DNA of 64,000 nt. Source: Fimicolochytrium jonesii (lineage: Eukaryota). The notes below the pieces were generated by a model. The model saw nothing but the letters and a program-made list of their open reading frames with translations. It was not told the origin of the DNA and searched no databases. The DNA lies in NCBI RefSeq assembly GCF_025526975.1, contig NW_026515691.1:372001-436000 (forward strand), read 5' to 3'. The position numbers were made by a program, and so were the translations under genes. How positions within the stretch are numbered: the first letter of the stretch is position 1; the number at the start of each line of letters is the position of its first letter. Positions 1 through 13,200 of the stretch are shown here, one piece after another.

Positions 1-1373
1 TCTTCGTCGCCGTCGCAGACTCGCAAGACGTCGCCCGGTCACACAGGCAAAACGGGATCGCCCACCGCCTGCCATTGGTCGGGCACTGAGGCCGATTTTA
101 CAGAAATGCGCAGGGATATACCTTTTGCAGGAAGGACAACTTGAAGGAAAAAAAAAAACTGGGTTTCCATACCAAATGAGGCTGAGTTTCCCAAACCAAC
201 AAAAGTTGCACATGAATTGGGGCAGACCGCACACAGTGTCATCAATGGCCGGCCGGGGCACGGGTGAGTCAGCTGTGGTGGCCATATGCAAACAACGACT
301 GCAAACACCTCGGTACCACCGTCCGGCCAATGTTGGTGATGTTTGATCAAAGCGAACGCCCAGATATCTCATTGTTGTCTGATAGGAGATAGATGTGCAT
401 GCATGCTCCTTCTCGCATGCCGACCGATAGTGGCAGAGTGCTACGAGATGTCGGTGGGTGAGTTTATCCTTGGACCGGGGGCTCATCCTCCTCGGCGAGC
501 ATTGGCTGCGTGATATGGACAACTCCTACGCCGCCGGTGATGATGATGTGGTATGCAAAAGCCCGTCGTGGGGTCCGGGTACAAGTAATTTTTTTTTTGG
601 TTGTCGCCTCCATATCCACGACATCAGTTCCTATTGACAGGTTTCCAAATCGGTAAAAACGAGCTTACACTGGGATGCCACTCCAGTTGGTGCACGTCTT
701 TGAGCCCTTTGCCTTGTTGGCACCCTTAATTGTTGCGACTCATTTGTGGCTACTTGCTCCCTCGCTGCTTGCTGCTGTGCTGGTTGGTGTCGCCTGCTCG
801 CAGGGCCTGGTTTTCGTTCGGAGGCTCTCAGAACAGGGTTCTCAACTTACGTCTTCAACACAACGTGTCTCTCTCCTTCAGGACCCTTCACCGTTTACGT
901 CGTTGAGATATCCCATATTAGAACTCGACGAGCACTCGGCCGCGCAGCACCGGCATTCGATTCACCGTTTTTCTTCCGACTCGAGCTGGAGGATTCACGG
1001 AATCAGGAACAATTCAAATCGGTAGCGATCACCCGTTTAGCATCCCATCAGCCCAGCAATTAGAGACACCCACCAGTAATCACTTAGAACAAGAGAGGTT
1101 AGTTCCCAAGCATCTGCAGACGGTGGAGTTGGAAACGTGCATCACCGCGCAGTTACCTTGAAGTTTGTACGCTCTCCAGGCCTCACTCAAACTTATTTTA
1201 CATCGAACAGACTCGCAGCGAACATCCCCCAAAATCTCACGGATTGATTACCCGCCGTTGTCTACAGAAAAAAGGCGGACGCAGCTATAGGTTGTTGAAC
1301 TGGAGCTGCCTTCGCCAAAACTTACAGCCATCAGGCCTCCATCGCCTTGAACCCTGTGTTTGGACCAACAGTC

Positions 1374-3391
1374 ATGACCACACCCAGCGATTCCCCAAAT
1401 TCGCCAGCTGGACCTGCGCCTTCGACTGAAAAAAGCCAGGAGGGCACAATAGATACTCCTCCAGTGCTCACACCGGTTAGCCTGTCGGCACCGTCGTCTC
1501 CATCACAGAACACTGGCTCGTCGTCGGTGATGCCCGTCCGTAACGCAACATACCCTCAACAAGCGGTGGACCAGCAGCAACCTCAGCAGTCGCAGTCTTC
1601 AGGGTGGGAAGGTTATCAGTATGCCCCAGCTCAACAACAATCGCAACAGCCACCGCAGGAGCAGTCTCAGCAGCGGTCAGAACAACCTCAACCAATACCA
1701 TACCCGCGGGAGGAGGACAAAGGCGGAGAGCAGTCTAGGATTTTGGAGCAGGCGAGGATAACGGAACAGCAACGGCAACATGTGGTCCAGCATTACCAGA
1801 ACCTGGTGGCTCAGCGTCAACAGCAAGCACAGCATCACCTTCAACAACAACAGCAATCACAACAGGCACAAAGTGCGTCAGCGCAAAGTCGGAATTCGTC
1901 GCCACTGCAGCTACACGCTCAGATCCCAGTGCAGCAACAGCAGCCAGGGCAGCCTCGAACATCTCAAATGCAATCTCCATCAACGGGGCAAACGATCCAA
2001 GGCCAGCAGCAACCACAACCGCCGCAGCAGCAGAATCCGGGTGCATCAGCACAATCTCCCCACGTCCTTCTCCAGCAGGCGCACGCTCAGGCCCAGGCTC
2101 AAGTGCAGGCTCATGTGCAGGCTCAAGCCCAGGCCCAGGCTCAGTCACTTACAGGACAGGCCTCATTAAGTCCCACAGCGCAACAAGCACAACAGGCCCA
2201 AATACTTCCACAACCGACGGCAGCGCAGCAATTGCAATATCAGCAGCAATTGCAGCAGCAGCAACAGCAACAGGCCTACAAACAAGTTTTTTACCATCCT
2301 CAACTCCAAGCCGCAGGGCAAGGTCAAGCCCAAGGCCAGGCCCAAGGTCAAACCCAAGCGCTGCCCCAGCAATATTATACCACCCCAGCGGCATCCCCAC
2401 AAACCCATCCACTAGCTCTGCAACCCGTCATCGCGGCCGGCGGACAATACTACATCCAAACACCGCAGGGCTACATCCCTGTGGCTTCAAATGGGCAACA
2501 CTTCTACGCCATCCATCCGTCGCAGGTGGCGGCGGGCGGGTACCGCGCCGCAGGGTATCCCATGACAAGTAGACGAACGGGCACCACCAAGCGGTCCACG
2601 GCCGGCGCCACTAGACAGCAGGCGACGCCAATTCGTGAAGGTCTTTACGAGGCCACTTACTCGAACATCACCGTATATGAGATGACAACGCCGAATGGGG
2701 TGGGAGTGATGAGACGGAAAACGGACTCGTGGATCAACGCGACGCATATCTTGAAGGCGGCGGGGATGGAGAAGAGTAGACGGACGAAGGTTTTGGAGAG
2801 GGAGGTGCATCAAGGTGAACATGAGAAGATCCAGGGCGGGTATGGGAAATACCAGGGAACATGGTAAGCAATTTGTTCGTTTTTGGCCGAATGTTTTGGA
2901 AGACCTCCGATTCTGACTTTATGTTTTGCGCCCACCACAGGATCCCACTCGCGCAAGCCCAGCACCTCGCCACAGAATACGGTCTCGGGGAATTTCTCCG
3001 CGATCTGTTTGAACTCCCCGCCCAAATCCCATCCGCCGCGCAAGCTATTGTCTCGCCCGTAGCTGCGGTGACACCAAAAGCAGGACCATCGGCAGCAGCT
3101 GCAGCGGCAGCCGCAGCGGCCCAATCCCAGACGCAGCAAGAACAACACCAGCAGCAACTACAACAGCACCAACAACAACGACAGGTGCAATCCGCGAAGC
3201 TGGAAATGAACGCAAGCCCGCATCACCACCACCAGCTGTACCAACAACAACAGCAACAACCGCAATTGCAACAGCTGCTACCAGCCAAACGCGAACTGAA
3301 TGCGAGTCCGCCTCGTCACCACCAGCGGCAGCCCGTGGAACAACCCAAACAGCCGGAGAACCAGACGGAGATTGGCGCGCAGCAGCCGTGA
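1374..3391 (+). CDS. APSES/KilA-N (Swi4/Mbp1-type) DNA-binding transcription factor, Q-rich, no ankyrin repeats
   Basis: EATYSNITVYEM...VMRRKTDSWINATHILKAAG...HEKIQGGYGKYQGTW|IPLAQAQHLATEYGL is a Swi4/Mbp1-type KilA-N domain. GT-AG intron 2864-2940 joins W to IPL. First ATG at 1374, stop at 3389-3391. Confidence 0.85.
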
Positions 3392-4425
3392 AGTGGGAAT
3401 GCAGACGGCAGCCGTGGAGTGAGAATGTGGCTGGGCGGCGGTGATGGGCGGGTAATGGGCGGGCGGCAGGCTTTGGGATGAGGGGCTTTCTGGTTTTATG
3501 CTGATGGGAGGGGGAACCGGCGTGGAGGGGATTTTTCTTTTGTTTTGTTCGACATCTTCGGGGGTTGGATGGGAAGGCGATGTGATGTGATGTGATGTCG
3601 GGGAAATGGTTGTCTTTCGGGGCTAGAGGACTGAGGCGTGCCTGTCGGGCTTTCGCGCTGAGCTGTCAGCTGGGTTCGAGGAACTGAATGCGGTTGCGGC
3701 GGTGTCGGATGTACGGGCAGCGTTGACGGGGTCGAACCACAGACCCGCGGAGCTGGACTTGATCCGAGCGACACAAACTCTCTATCCGACCCACCTACCC
3801 CTCCCTTGGGCGGCCTTCGAAGACGACAAACTTTACCTACCGCTCATCGGGTACGAGGGCACGGCGTATTCAACACACCCCTAGCCCGCACACCTCGATG
3901 GCGTAAGGCTCCAGCCTTCCCACCCGTTTTTCCCCCCCGCTTTTTTCTTTTCTCATGTTTTGAACCCTTCTTTACCCATATTTATTATTCCCTTTTCATT
4001 TTGTTTCTACCCCACTGTTTTTTTTTTATCGTGTATGTATCTATCGCCACCCTCATCACCTCTTTTCTATGTTTCTTTTGTACCTACACCCCTTGTCTGT
4101 GATCCCATCGCATATCTCTCTCTCCCCCGCCCCAACCTCTTGCAATGTCCCCACCTCCCTCACGCTCTACATCCGAGGGATGAGCACCACTCATATGATG
4201 AATAATACTAAATTGCACAAACCCTGCCTTGATGTTTCCTGACGATGCAAAAATCCCCTCGTATATTCATATGTTACGCCCTGCCAAAATATATGAGTGG
4301 TATGGTATGGTTTATGTGCACTATGGATGGGCCGGGCTACGCTACATACATAAAAAATGGACACAGCGATTCCCACCCACCCTCTTACTTCCTCTCTACA
4401 AGAGTGCGCATTCCCACGCCCCCAT

Positions 4426-6216
4426 TCACTCCGCGCCTTCGACATCCCCCTCATCCCCACTCTCTTCCACTCCATGGGCGCCCTGCAAGTGTCGTTTGAG
4501 ATCGTACCCGCGTCTAAACACGAATTTGCAGTTGGGGATGGTGCAGGGCAGTTTGCGGCCGGTGGAGGCGGCGGCGTAGTTGTGGCCGGTGAGAGATTCG
4601 AGGAGGGTTGGGGGTGGGATGTGGTCGCGGCGGCGGCGGCGGGGTTGTGGAGGCGTTGTTGGGTTAGCAGCGGGGATGGTGGTGGACGTTGGATTGGGTG
4701 TGGGGTGAGGGATAGAGGTGGGGTTTGGTTCGGGGATGGGAGCGGGTGCGGTGGATGTGATTGCGGGGACGGGTGTATTTGTTTCATGAAGGCGTTTATG
4801 ACGGACAAGGAGATGTTTGTGTGCAAACTGTGCTCTGCAGCCGGTGTGATCGCAAGTGAAGGGTGTGAGATGTTCGTGCGCTGAGCGGTTATGGACTGTT
4901 CGTGCTTTTTTCTGCAAGAGGGATAGAGTTTGTATGTCAGCAACACCAACTATCGTTCCAACCTTTTTTTTCTTCTTTGAAAAGCGAACTTACGCTCTTG
5001 AAAAGCCTTCCGCATCCATCCACATTACAGGGCCACTTCGCCCGCAAATCATCGTGTGTCTTCGTATGCTCGCTCAATACATCCTTCCTAGTAAAAGTCT
5101 TTCCGCACACGGGACAGTCCGGCTTATGATGCTCCTTCATGTGCTGCTGTAATAACGACCATTTATGAAACGTGGTCGCGCACCGCGGCTGGGCGCAGCG
5201 GTACCGTGGCGTGTCGCTGTGGGTTGTTTGGTGATTTCGCAGCTTTTGCGCTGTCGTGAACGATTTGTCGCAGGTTGAGAATGTGCAGGGGTATGGTTTT
5301 TTGCCGGTGTGGACGCAGCTGTGGAGGCGGAGTTGGTTGTGTTTGGCGAAGCGGGCGAGACAGGAAGGGAAGGTGCACTGTGGAATGTGATGATGTGAGC
5401 TTCATCGGTTCGACAAGCGAGTCGTGTTGCTAGGAAAGTACCTGATATGGTTTCGGTGTTCCGTGCGTCTTCATATGTCGATTCAGGTGGTATCTCGTAG
5501 CAAATCCTTGCCCACAGTCTTCCGCCTCACAGCGATGCGGTTTCTGATCCTCTTCATTTGATGCGTGCACCAACGCATGCCTGACAAGATGCTCGCTTCG
5601 AAGGTATGATTTGCCACAACCCTTAGCAGGGCATTTGAAAGGTCGCTGTCATGCACAAAAGGAATTCGATCGTAAGTTCGTCGTTCCATCAATGTCGGGT
5701 AGGACGACAAGCTGTGCTAACCTCGTTGCTGTGCGTCCTCTCGTGCCTCCTCAGTTTGCTGGACTTCTTGAACGCCCGTCCACACCCTTTGATAGCACAC
5801 ACATAGGGTCTTTCCGATTCCGAGGAGCTCGCAAGGCCTTCGTCCTCTGTGGTCTCCACTTCACTACTGCTATCTAATTTCCGTCGCTTCCCTTGGTCCC
5901 TGTCCTCGTCCGTTTCCCATTGGGAGTCGTGGGAGTGCGAAGGGTCGACCAGGTCAAACTGCACAAGCTTTCGTTTCAGAGGAGTGCTACGCTGTACAGC
6001 GGGAAAGGCGGGAGCCGGTGGAAGTGCCGTAGCGTTGGAGATAGTAGTGGAAACCTTTGGCGGAGACTTTGCAGCTCGAACTGGCTGCACTCGTTTGGCG
6101 GCAGTAGCCGCCGTAGGAGCCACCGCTGCATTGTTGACCTCTGGCTGGTTGTGGTGCAGCAGCGACTGTTGCCCACTGAGGCTGCTACTAGGCAGACGTT
6201 GCACCTCGACGGCCAT
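4426..6216 (-). CDS. PZF1: Transcription factor IIIA-like multi-C2H2 zinc finger protein (about 10 fingers, spliced)
   Basis: Tandem C2H2 fingers across exons (RPYVCAIKGCGRAFKKSSKLRRHERTH; PDCPVCGKTFTRKDVLSEH; FTCDHTGCRAQFAHKHLLVRH), then a spacer and a detached last finger (LPCTIPNCKFVFRRGYDLKRH). This is the fungal TFIIIA architecture. Confidence 0.8.
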
Positions 6217-6235
6217 GGCTCACCAACGGAGAAGT

Positions 6236-6270
6236 GTCTGCCTGCCTGTCTGCCTGTCTGTCTGTCTGTG
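6236..6270. repeat. (CTGT/CTGC)n tetranucleotide microsatellite just upstream of the TFIIIA start
   Basis: gtctgcctgcctgtctgcctgtctgtctgtctgt read directly. Confidence 0.8.
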
Positions 6271-6655
6271 TGGGAAACCTCGTTCGTCGGTCGGACTGAG
6301 GCCAAAGCTTCGAAGTCCTTCGCGCGGAATGACACACGGCGTTTTCGCTTGAAGGCGGACTTGACGTTGGACTGCCGAGCGGGGCTACACTGACATAGAC
6401 TCCGGTAACTACAGCTAGAACCCAGACGGTGAGTGTCCCAAGTGTCGCAAGTGTCGCAAGTGTTCGCCGGCGGGCCGTGCGTCTGAGCCCCGCCTCTCCT
6501 GTAGGGGAATGGTTAGGGCGGAAGAGGTTTGCAACTGGCCAATTTTTGCGGAGTTCACCCTTGGTTAACAACAGTTCAGCCACTTTGCAGGCCAGTGTGC
6601 AGTTCAGCGTCGCCTTCGTTTGCATAGGCCTTAGCGGCACTGAAAAGTATCCATA

Positions 6656-7492
6656 ATGGTTCTCTATTTTACAAGCAATGGTACGTCTTTTTCTTCACTT
6701 GAAAAGCGCTCAACGCTGGCGACTGACCAGTTCTGCTTCACAGTGGTCTCCCCATCAGCCAACATATACATGGGCAAGGATAAATATGAGAGTAAGCCTC
6801 CTCCTGCTCCAATCCTAAATGTGCCATCCACTTACTCGATTCCCCTGAACCATAGACGAGGAGCTGATAAAGTACGGCTGGCCCGAAGACGTCTGGTTCC
6901 ACGTCGACAAGCTCTCCTCCGCCCACGTGTATCTTCGTCTTGAACGGGGCCAGACATGGGAAGATATCCCCGAAGCACTCCTGGATGATCTGGCACAGTT
7001 GACGAAGGCCAACTCGATAGAAGGGAACAAGAAGAACAATCTCACGATAATCTACACACCATGGAGCAACCTGAAGAAGAGCGGGGGCATGGAGACGGGG
7101 CAGGTTACGTTCTTCAAGAACAACCTGGTGAAGAGGGTGCATGTTAAAGAGCGGGACAACGCGATTGTGAATCGGCTGAATAAGACCAGGGTAGAGAGGC
7201 ATCCGGATCTGGCAGAAGCCAAGATTGAGAGGGATCGGGAAATGCGGGCGGAACAGAGGGAGGCGGATAGGAAGAGGGTGAGTCGATCTGCCAACTCACA
7301 TTCTGGTAGTTGCATGTTTCATCGCCAACGCATCTATCTCGCCGTCTGCAGAGACAACAAGAAGCAAAGGTACAAGAACAACGAAAGAAGGAGGTTGAGG
7401 CACGGAGCTACGGTGGGATTTTCAAAGAGGAAAAGATGCGGAGTAACAAGGAACTGGCGGAAATGGGGCTAGGGGAGGACGATTTCATGTGA
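6656..7492 (+). CDS. CCDC25: CCDC25/Jlp2 family NFACT-R domain protein (spliced)
   Basis: MVLYFTSN|..[38 protein letters not shown]...[14 protein letters not shown]...YTPWSNLKK, ending in EDDFM. These are family signatures. Confidence 0.93.
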
Positions 7493-7825
7493 GCAAGAGC
7501 GTAGTCTTGTGTAGATTTGTAGCTGTTCCAGTACTAGATTAGAAAGCCCCCTTCTTGAGAGAGCAAACAGCGGCGTGGAGAAAGGTGACATTCAGGAGGG
7601 GGCGTTCCGTTGGAAATGCAAATTTCTTATTTACAAAACTATCGTCCAAGAAATGGGCCCTTGACTAAATGGTGGCCAACAACTCGCCATCGCTTCCATG
7701 AAGAAAACCGTTCAACAAGGTACAATACATACGTCCGAATCACCACATAGAACCCGCGGTTCAAGGAGTTCTCGCCGCCGTTCGTCCAGCGCAGAGTGGA
7801 TGAAAACCCATGCCCTCATCGGCTT

Positions 7826-10018
7826 TCACGCAGTAGTCCCTAACGTCCCACGCTTCCTCCCCACACGCCCATGCGCGCCAACATTCCACCCCTTCTTCCC
7901 CTTCTCCCCATTCCCATCCGCATCCTTCGGCAGCGCCGGCGCCTCCTCACCACTCGCCCCCCCATCCTTTCCCTTCCCGTTTGCCACCCCCGCCTCAAAC
8001 ATACACGGTCGCTCATCCAACCGCCTCCGCAACCCCTCCAGATACTCCTCGTACTGCGCCTCTTGCTCCGCGCGGCGTGCTTTGCTGTTTCGTGTGCTTT
8101 GGGCTGTTTGGGCTGCGAGGGCGGCGGATTGGTGGAATTGGGTGCGGATGTGGGCTCGGATACGGGATTGGATGCTCTGGTGGGTTAGGGGACCGTGATT
8201 AAGCGAATGATTGAATAGATATGAGTGGTGGTATTTGGCACAGATTACCTTCCGCTGCCTCAACTTCTCCTCGTTCTCCTCCCGCTGCATCTTCTCAATC
8301 AACGCTTTGCTCTCGAGCTGCTCGGCGCGATGCGTTACTTTGAGGTTGTAAGAGTGGTTCATCCGCGCTTTCAGCTCCTGGGAAGACCACAGAGGAAACT
8401 TAGTTCCCTGAGGCGATCCTGTACGGACTCGGAACTGTCTTGCCTACCTTCAGGACAACCTCCGCAGCCGGCGCTTTCCCCGCCCCTGTCTTCGATCTTG
8501 ACTTTGCTTGCGAACGACTGCTGATACTCCTACCCGCCGTCTTCTCTTTCGCTCTCGATCTCGGTTTCCGGCTGTCATCGGTGCAAAGATGCTTCCGTGC
8601 CCGAGCCTGATGATCTTCCACTCCAGGGAACGGATGCGGCCTAACAAATAGATCCTGCATTAGCTTCACCAAATATCCCCCGCGCTCTCACATCAAACGA
8701 AAAACTCACGTCGTCGCACCCCTCTCCCCCCTCCGCTCCCTCAACTTCTCCCTCAACTTCCCCTCACCAGCCTTATAATCCGGCATGCCCTCGTTGATCT
8801 GCGGGTGGAATGTCAGCTTCACTGAGCGTTCCTCGACCCGGGCGCGGCGGCGTTGGCCAGAGGCCCGCGCGGTGGCGAGGGAGCGGAGGGTTGCGGGGGA
8901 AACAGGGGTGGGGGAGGATGGTGTGGGGGTTTTGGGAGGTGGTGTGAGGGAGGAGGAGTGGGTGCGCCGGCGGTGTTTCGTGGATTTGAGACGCATGAGG
9001 GCGGATTTGGTGCCGCGGTGGGCCATGAGGGCTTCGTATCTGACGTCGGGAGGGTCTCGTCAGCCTTACTCTCCAAAGACCCCATCAAATTCGGTTGTGA
9101 CTGAAAAGCACTAACTTTGGTTCCTTTGAGGAAACCGGCACCGGGTTCGCATGAAACCCCCGTTCCTGCATCGCTTTCAACTCCGCTTCCTTCTCCCTCA
9201 GCTCCTGCGCCAGGCGGCGGTCGGCCGTCGTCTGGCGCGACGAGGTTTTGGAGCAGAGCCGGTACACCCATGCGTCTTTTGCGGCTTTGCGTTGCGGGGA
9301 GGTTGTGATGCCGTAGGAGAGTTTGTGCCGCGCGGCGGAGGGGGGTGGTGCTGCCGAGAAGATGGGGATGACTATGAACCTCGGTGAGACACAGTGCGAA
9401 ACCCCGAAAGTGCATCGCTTTTCTAGGCCCAAAACCCCCCAAGTGCATAGCAATTTATGCCGACATACCTTCAACCTCCTCGTCCCTTCCACCAATCTCA
9501 AACCCGAGTTCAACCAACCCCTCCTGCTCCCTCACCCACCCTTCCTCAATCTCCTCAAACACACACCTCGCAACCGCTGGGTACTCCATCCCCTCCAACA
9601 CACCCCTATACCTCTCCACCGCATCCCACATCTCCCTCTCGCTCAACTCTGCGCCCGCAACGCCGCGTCCGATAGTGTGCGCATACTTCCGGAACATAAG
9701 CGTATCGACGTCGCTGCCGCTGCCGAGGATCACGGCGCCTTCAGGCTGCCAGTGGGTGAAGAGGCCCTGGGAGGGATGGTAGAGCGGTTTGGCGTGGGAG
9801 ATGGTGGTGAGGTTGGAGGTGATGTAGTGGTCTTCGAGGGCGGCGAGCTCGATGGCGTCGATGGTGGAGAGGGCGTCGGCGCAGCGGTCGGGCAGGGACC
9901 GGCGGGGGGGTGGGGAGTCCCAGTCGGTCATGGGTGCGGGCATTTGAGGTGCTGCGGATATGTGTTGGGGACTGGATGGGGGAGTGCTCATTCCATGAAG
10001 CGGGAGGTTGTGCGGCAC
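7826..10018 (-). CDS. FAM161A/B (UPF0564)-like ciliary/centriolar microtubule-binding protein (multi-exon)
   Basis: Exons contain GFHANPVP, LTFHPQINEGMPDY and YLEGLRRRLDERPCMFE (cf. the FAM161 C-terminal RPLLFE motif) with charged coiled coils. Start and exon set are approximate. Confidence 0.65.
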
Positions 10019-10284
10019 AAGAGCTTTTTGGTTCAGTGACAGGAACCGTCATTATGCTGTCAATTTCAGATTACGCTAGCACTCCGCCGCCGCCCTCGTC
10101 ATTCGAGACCAGGTTGTGAAACATGATGGAAACAAAGTATGATGGATATGATGGATGCACCCTCAAAGAAGTAAGACTTCAGCGCTCCCCTGTCAGTGTA
10201 TCTGTCTCTCAACATTACTTAACATGTGGTGATGAATACATACTGAAAAAGCCAGTTCGCCTTACGTCTTCAAACAGTAAGATA

Positions 10285-13200
10285 TCAGGTCAAACGCTGA
10301 TACTGATCCGCCTCGGGCGATCCGATCAACATCAATCGGCCTGGCACAAACATCAGATCTACAATTGTCTTCTCCTCCGACAGCGGTGCCTCATCTGCGA
10401 CAGGTTCGGGTATCACGATTGGCACCAGCGTCGTCGGCTGCGTTACCTGCGGCCCTTGAGCGGTAGCTGTTGAAGGTGTTCCCGAGCCCGCCATCCCACC
10501 CGCCGCATTAGCTCCGCCACTTCCCCCGCCTCCCGCTCCATCTTTTTCCTTGTCTTTCTCCCTGTCTTTATCCTTATCCTTGCTCGTCTTGTCCGCATTC
10601 TCCCGCGTGCGCGCGCTCTTGGCCGGCTTTTCCAGTTTTGACGGCGTGCTCGGCGCCGCAGAAGCTGCAGGCGTCGCCACCCTCGGCGGCGCCAGTGTCT
10701 GCCTGCTCACATCCACAACATTCCACGCCCGGCCATAATCCCCCCTCACCAGCGTCACAGGCGCCAACCCAACCTTATCACACACATACTTAAACAGCAA
10801 CGCGCGGTGGTAAAACGTGCCCTGCGCAACACTCCCCAGCGGCACGACATTCGACCCTAGCTTGAGTTTCAGCTCCGTGATCTTGAACTTGTACGATTGC
10901 GCTTGCAGGTTCGACACGTCGTGCGCGGGGCCGCCGAGGACTTGCGCGACCACTGATGCGATTTGACGGATTTGCTGTCGGGGCGTGCGGGCGTGCAGCG
11001 GCCCTTCGGAGGAGACGAGCGAGACCAGGCCTGCGAGGTAGGGGTCGGTGGTGGAGTCGAGGAGGAGGATCTCGCGGCGTTTGTCGAGGGGTGCGTCTTT
11101 GAGCTCCTGCAGGAGCGGGAAGGAGCGGGGGAGGGTGGGGTGCGTGCCTGCTGAGCCGATGTCGTAGAAGCCGTCCGTGATGAGGTTGGCGGCGGTGAGC
11201 TCGTCGCAGAGCCAGAATTTAGCGGAGACGTCTGCGAAGAGATGTCATTGTTGGTTCCGTGGTTCAACCGTGGATAGGTCATGGGACTGCTTTCATGTCT
11301 GGTCACTTACGGTAGTTCAGAAGCTTCTCCAGCGCATCCTTAGCGAACTTCGGTGCATGCCTAGCCGGATCTCGCGAAAACTCCAACAAGTTTTGTATTG
11401 CACCCGACCTGCACGCCGCCTGCGCTATCGAATCTACACCAGAAAATCAACATCAGCCATCTTATACATAACTCCCTTCCAAATCGTATCTCTCATACCG
11501 TTCAAAGCTGCAGTGGACAGCGCATAAGCAGCGCTCTTACACACCGCATGGTCCTTCGACGCAATCAGCTCGATAATGCGCTGCAGACCGCTTCCGGGGG
11601 GTTCGCGGGTCAGTGCAAACCGGCCTTCAGCTGTTTGGTATAGGGGTTGTTCTTTCAGCACCCTGCTGCTGGACGGTAAGTCGAGTTGGGCGAAAAATAC
11701 TTACAATCCTGCAACAAACGCCCCAACGCCATCGCCGCGGCGCTCTGCAGCTTCGGATCGGATCTGGAGAGCACCATCATGAGGGAGTGCACGATGTTGG
11801 CTTTGACCATTTCTGCCCGGATGATTTCTGCATATGCAAATTGGTATGAGCACGCACGTTCGATCAAGCGTCGTGTCGGATGGGGGAAGGAATGACACCG
11901 GAGGAAAACAGTAGGGCTTACCATCGTCAGTGAAGTTAGCGATCCACTCGCACGTATTGACGAGCGTCTGCACGTCCTCGGACCCAAGCAGACGTACGGC
12001 CCCGCCGACGCCGTCGAGGTTGCGGATTCGCGTTCTTATCTTGGCTATGTGTCATAATGATACGTGAGACTTCTAACAACTCTTGATGGAGCTCGAGTCA
12101 TATCAACCCGTGCTCAACGACTCACCATTCAAGCACAAACTCGCCAGCGCTGCCGCACACTGCCGCGGCACTTCCACATCGTCATGCGATACATTCTTGA
12201 TCAGCGCTTCCGGCGCGCCAAGCTTGCCCAATTCCAGCTGATTCGTTTCTGTGAAAATGATCGTTGAATCAGTCACTTTCACTCCCATTTTATTCCAGTG
12301 TTTGTTCCCCAGGCCCCTCTTGTCTGTCATCCTCTCCCACCCACGACCCGGGGATTGGAGTTACCCACTCACCGCTCTTCCCAAGCTCCGCCAACGCCAA
12401 CGCGGCGTTACTCGCAGTGAGTACATCCGAGTGCGCGAGATTAGATAGGAGCGCGGGGAGAGCCCCGGCATCGCGAATGAGAATTTGATTTCGTTCTGAG
12501 GTGTCCCAAAAGCGTTATTGTAAGCTTCCGAGCAAGAGCAAAGAGGCAGACCGACATTTCTCTGCGCATGGCAAGCCTTACCAATCCGCGCAGCTTTGGA
12601 GAGCGTCAACGCCGCATTCCGTTTCGTCCGTACATCCTCCGCCCCCAGCAACTTTACCAACGCCGATAAACCACCCATCTCGAAGATCGATTTGCTTGTC
12701 GTGACTGTGTGTTTTCACAATGAGCCCGTGTTACAATGGTTCTCGTTATGGAAATCGCCCACGCATAACCCACCATCCTCCAAACAATTCGCAAGACACA
12801 TCAATGCCAGGTAATGCAACTCGGGGACGTCCTGTGTGAGGAAATCGATGATGCGGCGGACGCCGTTGATTTCGCGAATTTCGACGCGGTTGCCGGCTGG
12901 AAATTTTCCATTCACAAACTCAATGTCAGTTCTCATTCTTCATGAGGCAAAACCAGTCGCTATGGTGATACGCACGGTCTTCGGCGGCCCGGATAAGGCT
13001 GTTCAACGCATGCTCCTGTACTTCTTGGTACTCCGACGCCAGCAGTTCGAGGAGAGGCGCTAGGCCGTGGACGTAGCGGATTTCTGTGCGGCTTGCGACT
13101 GTATAAAACCATCCACGAATTGAGCACCTTGCGACTTTACGGGCCGCCGTCGGGGAAAAAGTTTTCAAACCCTCTTACAATCTTCCAGCATAACAGCCAA

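Noticed and set aside
3660..3700. GGTTCGA T-loop-like motif (also near 5407 and 51857) suggesting tRNA
   Set aside because: No cloverleaf stems or D-arm could be built around these sites.
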